Shown: one piece after another, positions 46,166 through 55,893 of the stretch
Numbering within the stretch: the stretch's first letter is position 1
How the letters are laid out: every line of letters begins with the position of its first letter
Origin: an uncultured delta proteobacterium
Lineage (GTDB): Bacteria; Desulfobacterota; Binatia; Binatales; Binataceae
Assembly: GCA_963771325.1 (NCBI GenBank)
Contig: CAVYTJ010000023.1
Location: forward strand, 11,963 to 75,962
Direction of reading: 5' to 3'
DNA: 64,000 bases
Position numbers and translations under genes: made by a program
The notes under the pieces: model-generated
The model's database searches: none
What the model saw: only the letters and a program-made list of their open reading frames with translations
What the model was told of the DNA's origin: nothing

Positions 46166-46941
46166 CTCCGCCCGCCCCCACTGGCGCGTAGGCCGCGGCC
46201 GGCGCGAGTCCGTTCGGCGACGCGGCGCACCGCGCCCGAGCCCGGCATGGCGGCCAACGGCGCCGCCGCGCGCAGCCGCATCACCGCCTGCCCCGGCGTG
46301 GTCATGTCGACCATCGCGATCCGCTGCTCATGCCCGCGCCATTGGCCGAGCACTTCAGTCGCGCGCTTGAGTTGCGCCGGCGCGTCGTCGAGGTCAACTC
46401 GCAACTCGGTGTGCGAGCGATCGAAAAAAAGCGACACCGTACCGTCGCCGTCCAGGCGCATCTCGGAGACCAGCCCCGAGAGCGCGACTTCGGCGCGCAC
46501 CAGCGCGGCCGCGTAGCGTACGAGATCCGACGCGCCCGCCGTTTGCACCGCCGCACCGCTTAGAATCGGCAGATCGCCCGCGCGCGCCGCCTCGACCGGC
46601 CCGCGCAATTCACCCTCGGCAAAGAGCGCATAGAAACCGTCGTGGCGCTCGACCAGCGCGACCGCGTCGCCCTGCGCCGGGCGTACGAGCGGCGCGAGCA
46701 TCGCGCTCTCGGTCGTGCGATCGCGCCATCCGGCAAACGTTCCGGCCGCTTCGGCCCAATACAAGGAGAGCGTCACGCGCGCGCGCGCGGCGAGCGCGCG
46801 GCCCGCCTGGCTGAGCCCGGTCACCATCCCGAGAACGAAGAACGCGCACAGCACGAGGCCCAGCGCCTTGCTCGACCAGCCCCAAGAATTCCTGGCCGCC
46901 GCCGCGCTCTTGCTTCGCTTCGCTACCGCCCGCTTCGCCAC
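46162..46941 (-). CDS. ftsQ: FtsQ-type cell division protein
   Basis: Basic N-terminus, one TM helix, and a periplasmic POTRA/FtsQ-like region. ATGA overlap with ftsA. Assignment rests mostly on position. Confidence 0.7.
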   Translation of the reverse strand: MAKRAVAKRSKSAAAARNSWGWSSKALGLVLCAFFVLGMVTGLSQAGRALAARARVTLSLYWAEAAGTFAGWRDRTTESAMLAPLVRPAQGDAVALVERHDGFYALFAEGELRGPVEAARAGDLPILSGAAVQTAGASDLVRYAAALVRAEVALSGLVSEMRLDGDGTVSLFFDRSHTELRVDLDDAPAQLKRATEVLGQWRGHEQRIAMVDMTTPGQAVMRLRAAAPLAAMPGSGAVRRVAERTRAGRGLRASGGGRR

Positions 46942-47009
46942 TGCCGCCCCACGTCTCCCGCAATCAACCCAACCCGCCGATCACTACTCGCGTGTCACAA
47001 CTCACCTAT

Positions 47010-47912
47010 TCACCAATCGCCGATCATGCGTACCTCGGCTTCCAGAGCCACTCCGCTCTGTTCCTGAACCCGGCTCCGCGCGAGCTCGATCAACCCCCGC
47101 ACGTCTTCGGCGCGCGCCCCGCCCAGGTTGACGATAAAATTCGCGTGCTCGGTCGAAAACGCCGCCGCCCCCATCCGCGCGCCCTTGAGCCCTGCGCTCT
47201 CGAGCAGCCGGCCGGCAAAGTTGCCGGGCGGGTTCTTGAAAATCGAACCCGCGTTGGGCAGCCCGCGCGGCTGGCACGCGGCCCGCTTGGCCTTGAGCTC
47301 CGCGACCCTCGCGCTTAACTGCTCGCGATCGCCGTGCTCCAGCTCGAAATCCACCCGCGTGATCACGAAGCGCGGCGGAAGCTCCGTGCGGCGATAGGAA
47401 AACTTGACCTCGGCACCGCTCAGCGCGAGCGCCTGCCCCTGCTCGTTGACTCCGTGCACCAGCCTGACCACCCGTGCGATTTCGCCGCCGAACGCGCCCG
47501 CGTTCATCACCAGCCCGCCGCCGACGCTACCCGGGATGCCTTCGCCGAACTCGAGGCCCTTAAGCCCGCGCTCGATCGCGTCGTGGACCAGCGTGCCGAA
47601 CTGCGCGGCCGCTCCCGCGCGCACCTGCATGCCGTCGAATTCCAGGTGCGTGAAACCCTCGCCCAGGCGAACGACGAGCCCGCGCACGCCGCGATCGCTG
47701 ACCAGCAGATTGGTGCCCGCGCCGAGACAGAATGCCGGGGCGCGCTCGCACCACGCCGCCGCCATCGCGGCGCGCAACTCGTCCTCGCTCTCGACCTCGA
47801 GCAGGACGTCGGCGGGGCCACCGATCCGAAACGAGGTAAGCTCGGCGAGCGGCGCGCCGGCGCGAAGCCGCGCGCCAAAGCGGGCGCGTAATTCCTGCTC
47901 AAGCCGGTTCAT
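47010..47912 (-). CDS. murB: UDP-N-acetylenolpyruvoylglucosamine reductase
   Basis: TSFRIGGPAD...GAGTNLLVSD...GIPGSVGG...AGSIFKNP motifs. Start set at MNRLEQEL. Confidence 0.9.
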   Translation of the reverse strand: MNRLEQELRARFGARLRAGAPLAELTSFRIGGPADVLLEVESEDELRAAMAAAWCERAPAFCLGAGTNLLVSDRGVRGLVVRLGEGFTHLEFDGMQVRAGAAAQFGTLVHDAIERGLKGLEFGEGIPGSVGGGLVMNAGAFGGEIARVVRLVHGVNEQGQALALSGAEVKFSYRRTELPPRFVITRVDFELEHGDREQLSARVAELKAKRAACQPRGLPNAGSIFKNPPGNFAGRLLESAGLKGARMGAAAFSTEHANFIVNLGGARAEDVRGLIELARSRVQEQSGVALEAEVRMIGDW

Positions 47913-49383
47913 GGGTCTTGGTCGCGTAGCCGAGATTTTGCAGCACGGCTTCGCCGAGTTGATAGACATCGCCGGCGCCCAGGGTCACGAGCAGATCGCC
48001 CGCCATCGTGTCGGCGGCAATCCGCGCCACCGGATCCGGCTCGTCGCCCAGATAACGCACTTCAAGATGGCCACGCGCGCGCAGCGCCTCGTAGAGCCGA
48101 CGCGCCGAGACCTCGGCCAGCGGCTCCTCGCCCGCCGAATAAACGTCGCACAGATAAAGCACGTCGGCGTCGTCGAAGGCACCCAGAAATTCGTCGAACA
48201 GATCGCGCAGCCGGGTGTAGCGATGGGGCTGGAAGACCACCACGACGCGCCGCTTGAACGCCGCGCGCGCCGCGCCCAGGGTCGCGCGAACTTCCGCGGG
48301 ATGATGCGCGTAGTCGTCGAGCACGATCCGGCCCGCCGCTTCGCCCTTGATCTCGAAACGCCGGCTGATGCCCGAAAACACCGCGAGCGCGCGCGCCGCG
48401 ACTTCGAACTCGACCCCCACCGCGAGCGCGACGCCCACTGCCGCGAGCGCATTGAGCGCGACGTGGCGCCCCGGCGTCGGCACCTCGACCGCGCCTAACT
48501 CGCGGCCGGCGCGAATCACCGTGAAGCGCGTCGAGAGGCCGTCGATCACGATATTCACGGCGCGCAACTCGGCGTCGTGCGCGACGCCGTAAGTCAGCAC
48601 GGGCTTGCGCACCGACGCCAGCAGTCCGCGCACGTTGATGCTGTCGATACCGAGCACGGCCAGGCCGTAAAACGGCACGCGGTTGATGAAGTTGAGATAA
48701 GCCTCGCGCACCCGCTCCATCGTGCCGTAATGGTCGAGATGCTCGGGATCGATATTGGTCACGACCGCGATCGTCGGGAGCAGCAACAGGAAGGAGGCGT
48801 CGCTCTCGTCGGCCTCGGCCACCATGTACTCGCCGCCGCCCAGGCGCACGTTGGTGCCGCGCGCGCGCAGGTTGCCGCCAACCGCCACGGTCGGATCGAG
48901 CCCGGCTTCCTCCAGGATGAGTCCGACGAGCGAGGTGGTCGTGGTCTTGCCGTGCGTGCCGGCGACGGCTACGCCCAGGCGCACCATGCGCAACAACTCG
49001 CCGAGCATCTCGGCGCGCGCGATGACTGGAATCTGCAGCGCGCGGGCACGCGCGACTTCGGGATTGGAAAATTTCACCGCCGATGAAATCACCACGGCGT
49101 CCAAACGCCGCGTGATGTGATCAGCGAGGTGTTCGCCAATATGTTCAGCAACATTTTCAGCCACATGTTCAGCAACATGTTCAGGATGATGGCCCTGGAA
49201 GATTTGCACGCCCAGTGCGGCGAGCCGCTCGGTGGTGGGGCCAAGATGCTGATCGCATCCGCTCACCGCGAAGCCGAGCCTGAGCGACAACTCCGCGATG
49301 CCGCTCATGCCGGCGCCGCCGACGCCGATGAAATGCAACCGGCGCTGACGGCTGAGCAATCCCCTGGCGAGAGCTTCACTCAT
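47899..49383 (-). CDS. murC: UDP-N-acetylmuramate--L-alanine ligase
   Basis: HFIGVGGAGMSG, GTHGKTTT, DDYAHHP motifs. ATGA overlap with the murG stop. Confidence 0.93.
   Translation of the reverse strand: MSEALARGLLSRQRRLHFIGVGGAGMSGIAELSLRLGFAVSGCDQHLGPTTERLAALGVQIFQGHHPEHVAEHVAENVAEHIGEHLADHITRRLDAVVISSAVKFSNPEVARARALQIPVIARAEMLGELLRMVRLGVAVAGTHGKTTTTSLVGLILEEAGLDPTVAVGGNLRARGTNVRLGGGEYMVAEADESDASFLLLLPTIAVVTNIDPEHLDHYGTMERVREAYLNFINRVPFYGLAVLGIDSINVRGLLASVRKPVLTYGVAHDAELRAVNIVIDGLSTRFTVIRAGRELGAVEVPTPGRHVALNALAAVGVALAVGVEFEVAARALAVFSGISRRFEIKGEAAGRIVLDDYAHHPAEVRATLGAARAAFKRRVVVVFQPHRYTRLRDLFDEFLGAFDDADVLYLCDVYSAGEEPLAEVSARRLYEALRARGHLEVRYLGDEPDPVARIAADTMAGDLLVTLGAGDVYQLGEAVLQNLGYATKTHEPA
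49129..49188 (-). repeat. 12-nt x 5 in-frame tandem repeat inside murC
   Basis: Plus strand gtgttcgccaat atgttcagcaac attttcagccac atgttcagcaac atgttcaggatg. It encodes HPEH-VAEH-VAEN-VAEH-IGEH-LADH in MurC. Confidence 0.9.
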
Positions 49384-50465
49384 GCTCCAGCGCGCTCCCC
49401 CGAGCCAAGCTCGAAACATAGCTTTGCGATCATGCGGGCCGCGTCGGGCTTCGCAGCGGTGCGCGCCTGCGCAGCCATCCGCACCAGCCGCGCCGGATCG
49501 GCGATAAGTTCGCGCAGCGTCGCGGCGAGATTTTCTCCTAACCGCTCGTCGTCGGCGACAATCACGGCTGCGCCGCGCCGCTCGAGGACCCGGGCATTGA
49601 GTTCCTGCTGGCGGTCGCGATGGAACGGATAGGGAACGAAAATGGCGGGGCGTCCGGCGAGCGCGACTTCCGAAACGGTCATCGCACCCGAGCGCGCCAC
49701 GAGCAGGTCGGCACGCGCAAGTGCGGTCGCCATATCATCGATAAACGGCACCACATGCGCCGGGCAACCGAGCGCCGCGTACCCACCCTTCACCAGCTGC
49801 ACGTCCGCCTCCCCTGTCTGGTGGACCAGAGTTATTTTTATAACAGTTTCTCGCAAATTTCTCAAGGCGTTAATTACGCCTTCGTTGAGACGATGCGCGC
49901 CCGTCGAGCCGCCTAAAACAAGGATTTGTAATGGATGGTGGAGTTTCAGAGGCGATGCTTCGACATTAAAGCGCACTGGATTGCCACTTACCACAATCTT
50001 AGGCGAATTAAAGAGTGCCACTGACTCGTCAAAGCCGACACAGACCTTCTTGGCGAAGCGCCAGAGCATCCGGTTCGACAACCCCGGCCGCGTGTTCTCT
50101 TCCATCAGAACCAGCGGCGTTCGCGCCATGGTCGCCGCCATCGCCATCGGCGCCGACGCGTAGCCCCCCGCGCCCAGGACCAGGTCGGCGCCGAACGAGC
50201 GCAGCAATCCGCGCGCCCGCCCAAGCGCCGCGACGAACTCGCCCATCGCGCGCAACCGCTCGATCGGGCTATGGCCGCGCAGCCCGTGGACCTCGAACAA
50301 TTCGTAGCGCAAACCGCTACGCGGCATCCATCGCGCCTCCAGCCCCGCCGTGGTGCCGACGAACAGTACTTCGGTCTCAGGCCGCTCGCGCATCATCGCC
50401 TCGCCCACCGCGACCGCGGGAAAGAGATGTCCGCCGGTGCCACCGCCCGCGATTATCACTTTCAT
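49380..50465 (-). CDS. murG: undecaprenyldiphospho-muramoylpentapeptide beta-N-acetylglucosaminyltransferase
   Basis: MKVIIAGGGTGGHLFPA...LVLGGSTGA...LVARSGAMTVSE motifs. ATGA overlap with the ftsW stop. Confidence 0.93.
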   Translation of the reverse strand: MKVIIAGGGTGGHLFPAVAVGEAMMRERPETEVLFVGTTAGLEARWMPRSGLRYELFEVHGLRGHSPIERLRAMGEFVAALGRARGLLRSFGADLVLGAGGYASAPMAMAATMARTPLVLMEENTRPGLSNRMLWRFAKKVCVGFDESVALFNSPKIVVSGNPVRFNVEASPLKLHHPLQILVLGGSTGAHRLNEGVINALRNLRETVIKITLVHQTGEADVQLVKGGYAALGCPAHVVPFIDDMATALARADLLVARSGAMTVSEVALAGRPAIFVPYPFHRDRQQELNARVLERRGAAVIVADDERLGENLAATLRELIADPARLVRMAAQARTAAKPDAARMIAKLCFELGSGERAGA

Positions 50466-51610
50466 CGCACCGCCGGCCTGCGCGCCAGGGCGAGCAGCGT
50501 CCCCAGCGCGGCCATCGCCATCACCATCGCGGTCCCGCCGTAACTCAGAAAGGGCAGCGGCAGGCCCTTGGTCGGCACGAGCCCGATCACGACCGCCATG
50601 TTGACCAGCGCCTGCAACGTGAGCAGCGCGGTCAGGCCGACGGCGAGCAGACTCGCGAACGGGTCGGGCTCCGCGTGCGCGACCCGCATCCCGCGAACCA
50701 GGATCGTGCCGAACAAAATCAGGACCGCAACCGCGCCGAGCAAGCCGAACTCCTCGCCGACCACGGCGAAGACGAAGTCGGTGTGGGCTTGCGGGAGATA
50801 AAACATCTTCTGCCGCCCGGCGCCGAGCCCGACGCCCCATCCGCCGCCCGCGCCGAGCGCGATGAAGGACTGGATGAGCTGGAAGCCCGCGCCGCGGGCA
50901 GTTTGCCACGGGTCGAGAAAGGCGCTCAGTCGGCGCATCCTGTAGGGTTTTGCTACAGCCTGCAGAGCGAGCACGGCCAGCGCGCCGCCACCCGCGGCGC
51001 CCAGATGCTTCAGCCGGGCGCCGGCCGCAAACAGCATCGCGAACAGCAGCATCACGACCAATACCGTGTTGCCGAAATCGGGCTGCTTCAGGATCAGCAG
51101 CGCGAGCGGGCCGACCGCGATGAACGCGGGCAGCGGACCGCTCGCAAACGCGTTCATCCGTTCCTGGCGGCGGCTCAAAAAGTCAGCCAGGAAAAAGACC
51201 ATTGCGAACTTGGCCAGCTCCGAAGGTTCCGCGAGCAGTGGCCCGAGCCGAAGCCAGCGGCGCGCCCCGCCGCGCATCACGCCGAGCCCGGGAATCCACA
51301 ACGCCACCAGCATCACCAGCGCCACCACCATCAGCGGCACCACCAGCCGGCGCAATCCGCGCAGCGAGAGCTGCGATAGCAGCGCCAGCACGACCAGTCC
51401 GGCCGCGATATGGCAGAGCTGAAGCTTGAAGAAATGAAACGCGTCACCGGTCTTCTCGAGCCCGAGAAAATAGGTGGTGTTGAGCACCATCAGCAGGCCC
51501 AGCACCGCCAGCACCGCCGCCGGCAGATACAGCCAGGGGTCGAACTGGGGCCGGGCGATCGATTCAAAGCGCCCGAACCAGCTCCTGAAATATTCGCCCG
51601 CGCTCCGCAT
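50462..51610 (-). CDS. ftsW: SEDS-family cell division protein FtsW
   Basis: QPSELAKF...TDFVFAVVGEEFG...PTKGLPLPFLSYGGT motifs. The chosen start (MRSAGEY) overlaps the murD 3' end. Confidence 0.88.
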   Translation of the reverse strand: MRSAGEYFRSWFGRFESIARPQFDPWLYLPAAVLAVLGLLMVLNTTYFLGLEKTGDAFHFFKLQLCHIAAGLVVLALLSQLSLRGLRRLVVPLMVVALVMLVALWIPGLGVMRGGARRWLRLGPLLAEPSELAKFAMVFFLADFLSRRQERMNAFASGPLPAFIAVGPLALLILKQPDFGNTVLVVMLLFAMLFAAGARLKHLGAAGGGALAVLALQAVAKPYRMRRLSAFLDPWQTARGAGFQLIQSFIALGAGGGWGVGLGAGRQKMFYLPQAHTDFVFAVVGEEFGLLGAVAVLILFGTILVRGMRVAHAEPDPFASLLAVGLTALLTLQALVNMAVVIGLVPTKGLPLPFLSYGGTAMVMAMAALGTLLALARRPAVR

Positions 51611-52922
51611 AGTTCCTGAATTGATCGAAACTCGAGCAGGCGGGCGAGAGCAGCACGGTGTCGCCGCGGCGCGCGGCCGCGGCCGCGCGGCGTACCGCCT
51701 CGTCCAGCGTCTGCACGAGTTCGATTTCGGTTGCACCCTTTAGCGCCGCGCGCATCGTGTCGCGCGCCGCACCGATTAGAATCAGCAGCCGCACCTTCTC
51801 GCCGAGCGGCTCGCGCAGCGGCGCGTAATCGCCGCCCTTGTCCACCCCGCCGGCGATCAGGATGACCGGCGCGCGCACCGCCGCGAGCGCCTCGACCACC
51901 GCGGCCACGTTGGTTCCCTTGGAGTCGTCGATATAAGTGACGCCGCCACGCTCGGCGACGAATTCCATGCGATGCGGCAGGCCGGCGAAATCCGCCAGCG
52001 CCGCCTCGATCGTGCGCGGTTCGATACCACTTACCAGCGCCGCGGCGGCCGCCGCCATCGCATTGGCGATATTGTGGCGGCCCACGAGCCGCATGCGCTT
52101 GAGACTGATGCGGCCGTGGCGGGTGCGAATGTCGAAAATCAGATCGCTGCCGTCGTAGCCGATCGCGGGCGTGGTCTCGGCCGGCCCCAGGCCGAAGCTC
52201 ATCACCTGCGCGGAAATTTTGGTGCGCAAAAACCACACTCGCGGATCGTCGCGATTCAGAATCGCCCAGTCGTAGCGGTCTTGCATGCGGAACAAGCGCG
52301 CCTTGGCGCCGCCGTACTCGTCGAGGTCCTTGTAGCGATCGAGATGGTCCTCGGCGAGATTGAGATGTACCGCGACGTGCGGCTTGAAGCGCTCGGTGCG
52401 CTCGAGCTGGTAGCTCGAAACCTCGGCCACCACCACGTCGAATTCTTCTCCGGCCGCCTCGGCCAGGGGCGTGCCCAGGTTGCCGCCGGCGAAGACGCGG
52501 CGCCCCGCGGCCTTGAAAATTTCGCCGATGAGCGTCGTCACGGTGCTCTTGCCGTTGGTGCCGGTGACCGCGACGATCGGCGCTTCAACGAAGCGGCTCC
52601 CGAGTTCCAACTCGCCAATCACCGGGATTTGCCGGCGGTCGGCTTCCGTGAGCAGGCGCGAAGTGGGCGCAACGCCGGGACTCGTGACCACCAGGTCGAC
52701 GCCGTCAAGCCAGGCCGGGTCTTCGGCGCCGAGATGGATCTCGCCCGACGGCGTCGAGGCGCCGCCCGCTCCACCACCGGCCTCGGCGTGAGAGTCAGCG
52801 CCAAAATCGGCGCGCAGATCGGTCATCACCAGGCGCGCACCGTGCGCCGCCAGCAGGCGCGCGGCCGCGAGTCCGCTTACGCCGAGTCCGATCACCATCA
52901 CGCGTTTGCCCGCAAGCTCCAT
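51564..52922 (-). CDS. murD: UDP-N-acetylmuramoylalanine--D-glutamate ligase
   Basis: VMVIGLGVSG, GTNGKSTV, DDSKGTN motifs. This is only the C-terminal 452 aa of the 857-aa ORF 51564..54137. Confidence 0.92.
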   Translation of the reverse strand: MELAGKRVMVIGLGVSGLAAARLLAAHGARLVMTDLRADFGADSHAEAGGGAGGASTPSGEIHLGAEDPAWLDGVDLVVTSPGVAPTSRLLTEADRRQIPVIGELELGSRFVEAPIVAVTGTNGKSTVTTLIGEIFKAAGRRVFAGGNLGTPLAEAAGEEFDVVVAEVSSYQLERTERFKPHVAVHLNLAEDHLDRYKDLDEYGGAKARLFRMQDRYDWAILNRDDPRVWFLRTKISAQVMSFGLGPAETTPAIGYDGSDLIFDIRTRHGRISLKRMRLVGRHNIANAMAAAAAALVSGIEPRTIEAALADFAGLPHRMEFVAERGGVTYIDDSKGTNVAAVVEALAAVRAPVILIAGGVDKGGDYAPLREPLGEKVRLLILIGAARDTMRAALKGATEIELVQTLDEAVRRAAAAARRGDTVLLSPACSSFDQFRNYAERGRIFQELVRAL

Positions 52923-52972
52923 CGAATAGAGTCCATCGAATAAAGTAGGACGTGTCCCTTGCGCCCGTCTCC

Positions 52973-54052
52973 TCAACGCAACTTGAGCGTGCTGAGCGCG
53001 ACCAGCCCGCAGATGATCGAAATTATCCAGAACCGCACGACCACCTGGGTCTCCGGCCATCCGCCAAGTTCGAAGTGATGATGCAGCGGCGCCATCCGGA
53101 AAATCCGCCGATGCGTCGCCTTGTAGTAGTAACGCTGAAGGATAACCGAACCGGCCTCGATGACGAAGATGCCGCCCGCGATCGGCAGCACCAGTTCCTG
53201 CTTGGCGAGCACCGCGACGATACCCAGCGCGCCGCCCAGTCCGAGCGCGCCGACGTCGCCCATCATCATCGAAGCCGGGTAGGCGTTGTACCACAAAAAA
53301 CCCAGCGACGCGGCGATCAGCGAGGCGCAGAAGATCGCGAGTTCGCCCGCGCCCACCACGTGCGGGATACCGAGGTAGGTGGAAAAATTCAGATTGCCGG
53401 CGACGTAAGTGAAGGTCCAGTAGCAGAACGCGACCGTCATCACCGGCCCGATCGCGAGGCCGTCGAGCCCGTCGGTCACGTTGACCGCGTTGGAACACGC
53501 CACCATCACGAACATCGCGAACAGCACGTAAAGCCATCGCGGCAGGCTCGGATGCACGTTCTTGAAGAACGGGATCGTGAGCGTGGTGTCGAAACGCAGC
53601 ACGACGAACAGCACAAAGGACGCGAGGAAGGCGCAGACGAACTGCCAAAACAGTTTCTGCGGACCACTGAGACCCTGGCCCTTGCCGCGGCGCAGTTTCA
53701 ACAGGTCGTCGGTGAAGCCGATCGCGCCGAAGGCCACGGTAACCAGGATCGCCAGCCATACGTACGGATTGGCGGGATTGGCGAACAGGATGGTGGCGAC
53801 AAGCGCGGTGCTGAGGATGAGCAGCCCGCCCATCGTGGGCGTGCCGGCCTTTTTCTGATGGCTTTGCGGAACTTCGGCGCGGATGGTCTGGCCGATATGC
53901 GCCGCGCGAAAACGTTGGATCAGCCTCGGACCCGCCGCCAGAGCCAACGCCAGCGCGGCGAGCCCCGCCAGCACCGAGCGGAAAGTCTCGTAGCGTAGGA
54001 CATTGAAGCCCACGTAGTGCGCGTGCAGCGGGTACAGGAGAACGTACAGCAT
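52973..54052 (-). CDS. mraY: phospho-N-acetylmuramoyl-pentapeptide transferase
   Basis: KAGTPTMGG, NAVNVTDGLDGLA, MGDVGALGLG, HHHFE motifs. Start set at MLYVLLYPL. Confidence 0.95.
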   Translation of the reverse strand: MLYVLLYPLHAHYVGFNVLRYETFRSVLAGLAALALALAAGPRLIQRFRAAHIGQTIRAEVPQSHQKKAGTPTMGGLLILSTALVATILFANPANPYVWLAILVTVAFGAIGFTDDLLKLRRGKGQGLSGPQKLFWQFVCAFLASFVLFVVLRFDTTLTIPFFKNVHPSLPRWLYVLFAMFVMVACSNAVNVTDGLDGLAIGPVMTVAFCYWTFTYVAGNLNFSTYLGIPHVVGAGELAIFCASLIAASLGFLWYNAYPASMMMGDVGALGLGGALGIVAVLAKQELVLPIAGGIFVIEAGSVILQRYYYKATHRRIFRMAPLHHHFELGGWPETQVVVRFWIISIICGLVALSTLKLR

Positions 54053-54360
54053 CGGGAAAACCCGTGTTCGAGTCTGCGGGCGGCGGCTGCTGCGGCGCAA
54101 GACGCGCCCCGACATGCACCCCAACATCCATCAACATGCACCGATCGATAGCCGCGGCCCCACTGGGCGCGCAGGCCGAGCGGCCTTAGGCCGCCCGGCC
54201 GCGAACGCCTGACCCCGTCGCGTCGGTACTGATCGCGCACCATCCTTCGCAGCCTGGAATCCTGAGGCAAGCCTTCGATCGGCCACCCAACCACCCGTCC
54301 ACCACCTCCGACCGAAGGCCTCCCTCAGGACGCCACCCGCAACCCCCGCCCTCCTCCGCG

Positions 54361-55893
54361 CTACGCACCGCTTGCGTGCGCGCGCTCGGCCACGAGCGCG
54401 CGCACCACTGCACGGTCATCAAAATCGAGCCGCCGCCCTGCGACGAGCTGATAGTCTTCATGTCCTTTGCCCGCGATCAGCACGATGTCGCCGGGCGCCG
54501 CCACGTCTATTCCAAGCGCGATCGCTGCGCGCCGATCGGGTTCGACCAGGTAACCCGGCGCGTCGCCCGCCTTCTGCGGCGCGATCCGGCTGAGGCCCGC
54601 GGCGCTCAGGCCGGCCTCGACCTCCGCGATAATCGCCAGCGGATCTTCGCTGCGCGGATTGTCGGAGGTGAGAATCGCGAGGTCCGCCATCCGCCCCGCG
54701 ATCCCGCCCATCAGCGGGCGCTTGCCGCGATCGCGATCGCCGCCGCAACCGAAGACGCACACGATGCGCCGCGGCTTGAGCCCGCGCAGCGCCCGCAGCA
54801 CGGCCTCGAGCGCGTCGGGCTTGTGCGCGTAGTCGACCAGCACGGTCACGCCGGGCGGACCGGGCACCGCCTCCAATCTGCCGGGGGCCCCTGGGCATCG
54901 CCGCAACCCTTCCGCGACCACATCCGTTTCGATGCCCAGGGCCACCGACACAGCGGAGGCGCCTAAAATATTGAGCAGATTGATCTCGCCGAGCAGCGGC
55001 GAGCGCACTTCGATCCGCTTGTCGAAGGCCGCGACCGAGGCGCGGAGGCCGTCGGTGCCGGCGGTGTAGCTCACCGGATGAACGTCGAGCTCAGGGTCAA
55101 GGCCAAAACTCACCTTGTGGCCCTTGACCGCGTCGAGCACGCGGCGGCCGAAGGGGTCGTCGCCGCGCACCACCGCGACCGCGTCGGGCCAGGTGCTTTT
55201 CGGCAGCAGCTCGCTGAACAGCCGCAGCTTGGCCGCGAAGTATTTCTCCTGCGTGCCGTGATAGTCGAGATGGTCGCGGCCGAGATTGGTGAAGACGCAG
55301 GCGCGAAAGCTGAGCGCGTCGACGCGCTCCTCGGCGAGACCGATCGATGAAATTTCGGCCGCCACGCGCCGCACACCGGCGCGCTCCATTTCGGCGAGCG
55401 CGGACTCGAAGTCGAGCGACTCGGGCGTGGTCAGGCCGCTATAAATTTTACGCGGGCCGACGAAGATTCCGATCGTGCCGATAACTCCCGGCGGCGCGCC
55501 GGCGGCCTCGAAGATCGACGCGAGCATATAAGTGGTCGTGGTCTTGCCGCTGGTGCCGGTCACGCCCACCAACTCGAGCCGGCGGCTCGGCGCGTCGAAA
55601 AAACGCGAGGCGGCCGCGCCCATCAGCCGGCGCGGCCGCTCGCACTCGACAACAGTTGCCGCGGGGCGCGCGGCCTCACCACCATCCCACCCCTTCATCA
55701 CCACCACGCGCGCCCCGCGGTTCAATGCATCGTCAATGTTGGCGCGGGCCTGTTCGCGATCCCGCGCCAGTGAGAAAAACAGATCGCCCGGCTTTACTCG
55801 TCGCGAGTCGTAGCTGAGCCCCGCAACTTCCACGCCCACGTCGCCGTGAACGCGCAACTCGGGCTCCCCCGCGATCAATTCGGCGAGCTTCAT
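54361..55893 (-). CDS. murE: UDP-N-acetylmuramoyl-L-alanyl-D-glutamate--2,6-diaminopimelate ligase
   Basis: GVTGTSGKTTT, GCGGDRDRGKRP and the DNPR (meso-DAP specificity) motif. Confidence 0.93.
   Translation of the reverse strand: MKLAELIAGEPELRVHGDVGVEVAGLSYDSRRVKPGDLFFSLARDREQARANIDDALNRGARVVVMKGWDGGEAARPAATVVECERPRRLMGAAASRFFDAPSRRLELVGVTGTSGKTTTTYMLASIFEAAGAPPGVIGTIGIFVGPRKIYSGLTTPESLDFESALAEMERAGVRRVAAEISSIGLAEERVDALSFRACVFTNLGRDHLDYHGTQEKYFAAKLRLFSELLPKSTWPDAVAVVRGDDPFGRRVLDAVKGHKVSFGLDPELDVHPVSYTAGTDGLRASVAAFDKRIEVRSPLLGEINLLNILGASAVSVALGIETDVVAEGLRRCPGAPGRLEAVPGPPGVTVLVDYAHKPDALEAVLRALRGLKPRRIVCVFGCGGDRDRGKRPLMGGIAGRMADLAILTSDNPRSEDPLAIIAEVEAGLSAAGLSRIAPQKAGDAPGYLVEPDRRAAIALGIDVAAPGDIVLIAGKGHEDYQLVAGRRLDFDDRAVVRALVAERAHASGA

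Noticed and set aside
51564-54137. 857-aa ORF that looks like a giant MurD fusion.
   Set aside because: Only the C-terminal 452 aa are MurD. The upstream part is an out-of-frame read across mraY, which is itself clearly encoded in frame 52973..54052. The stop-free run is a GC artefact.
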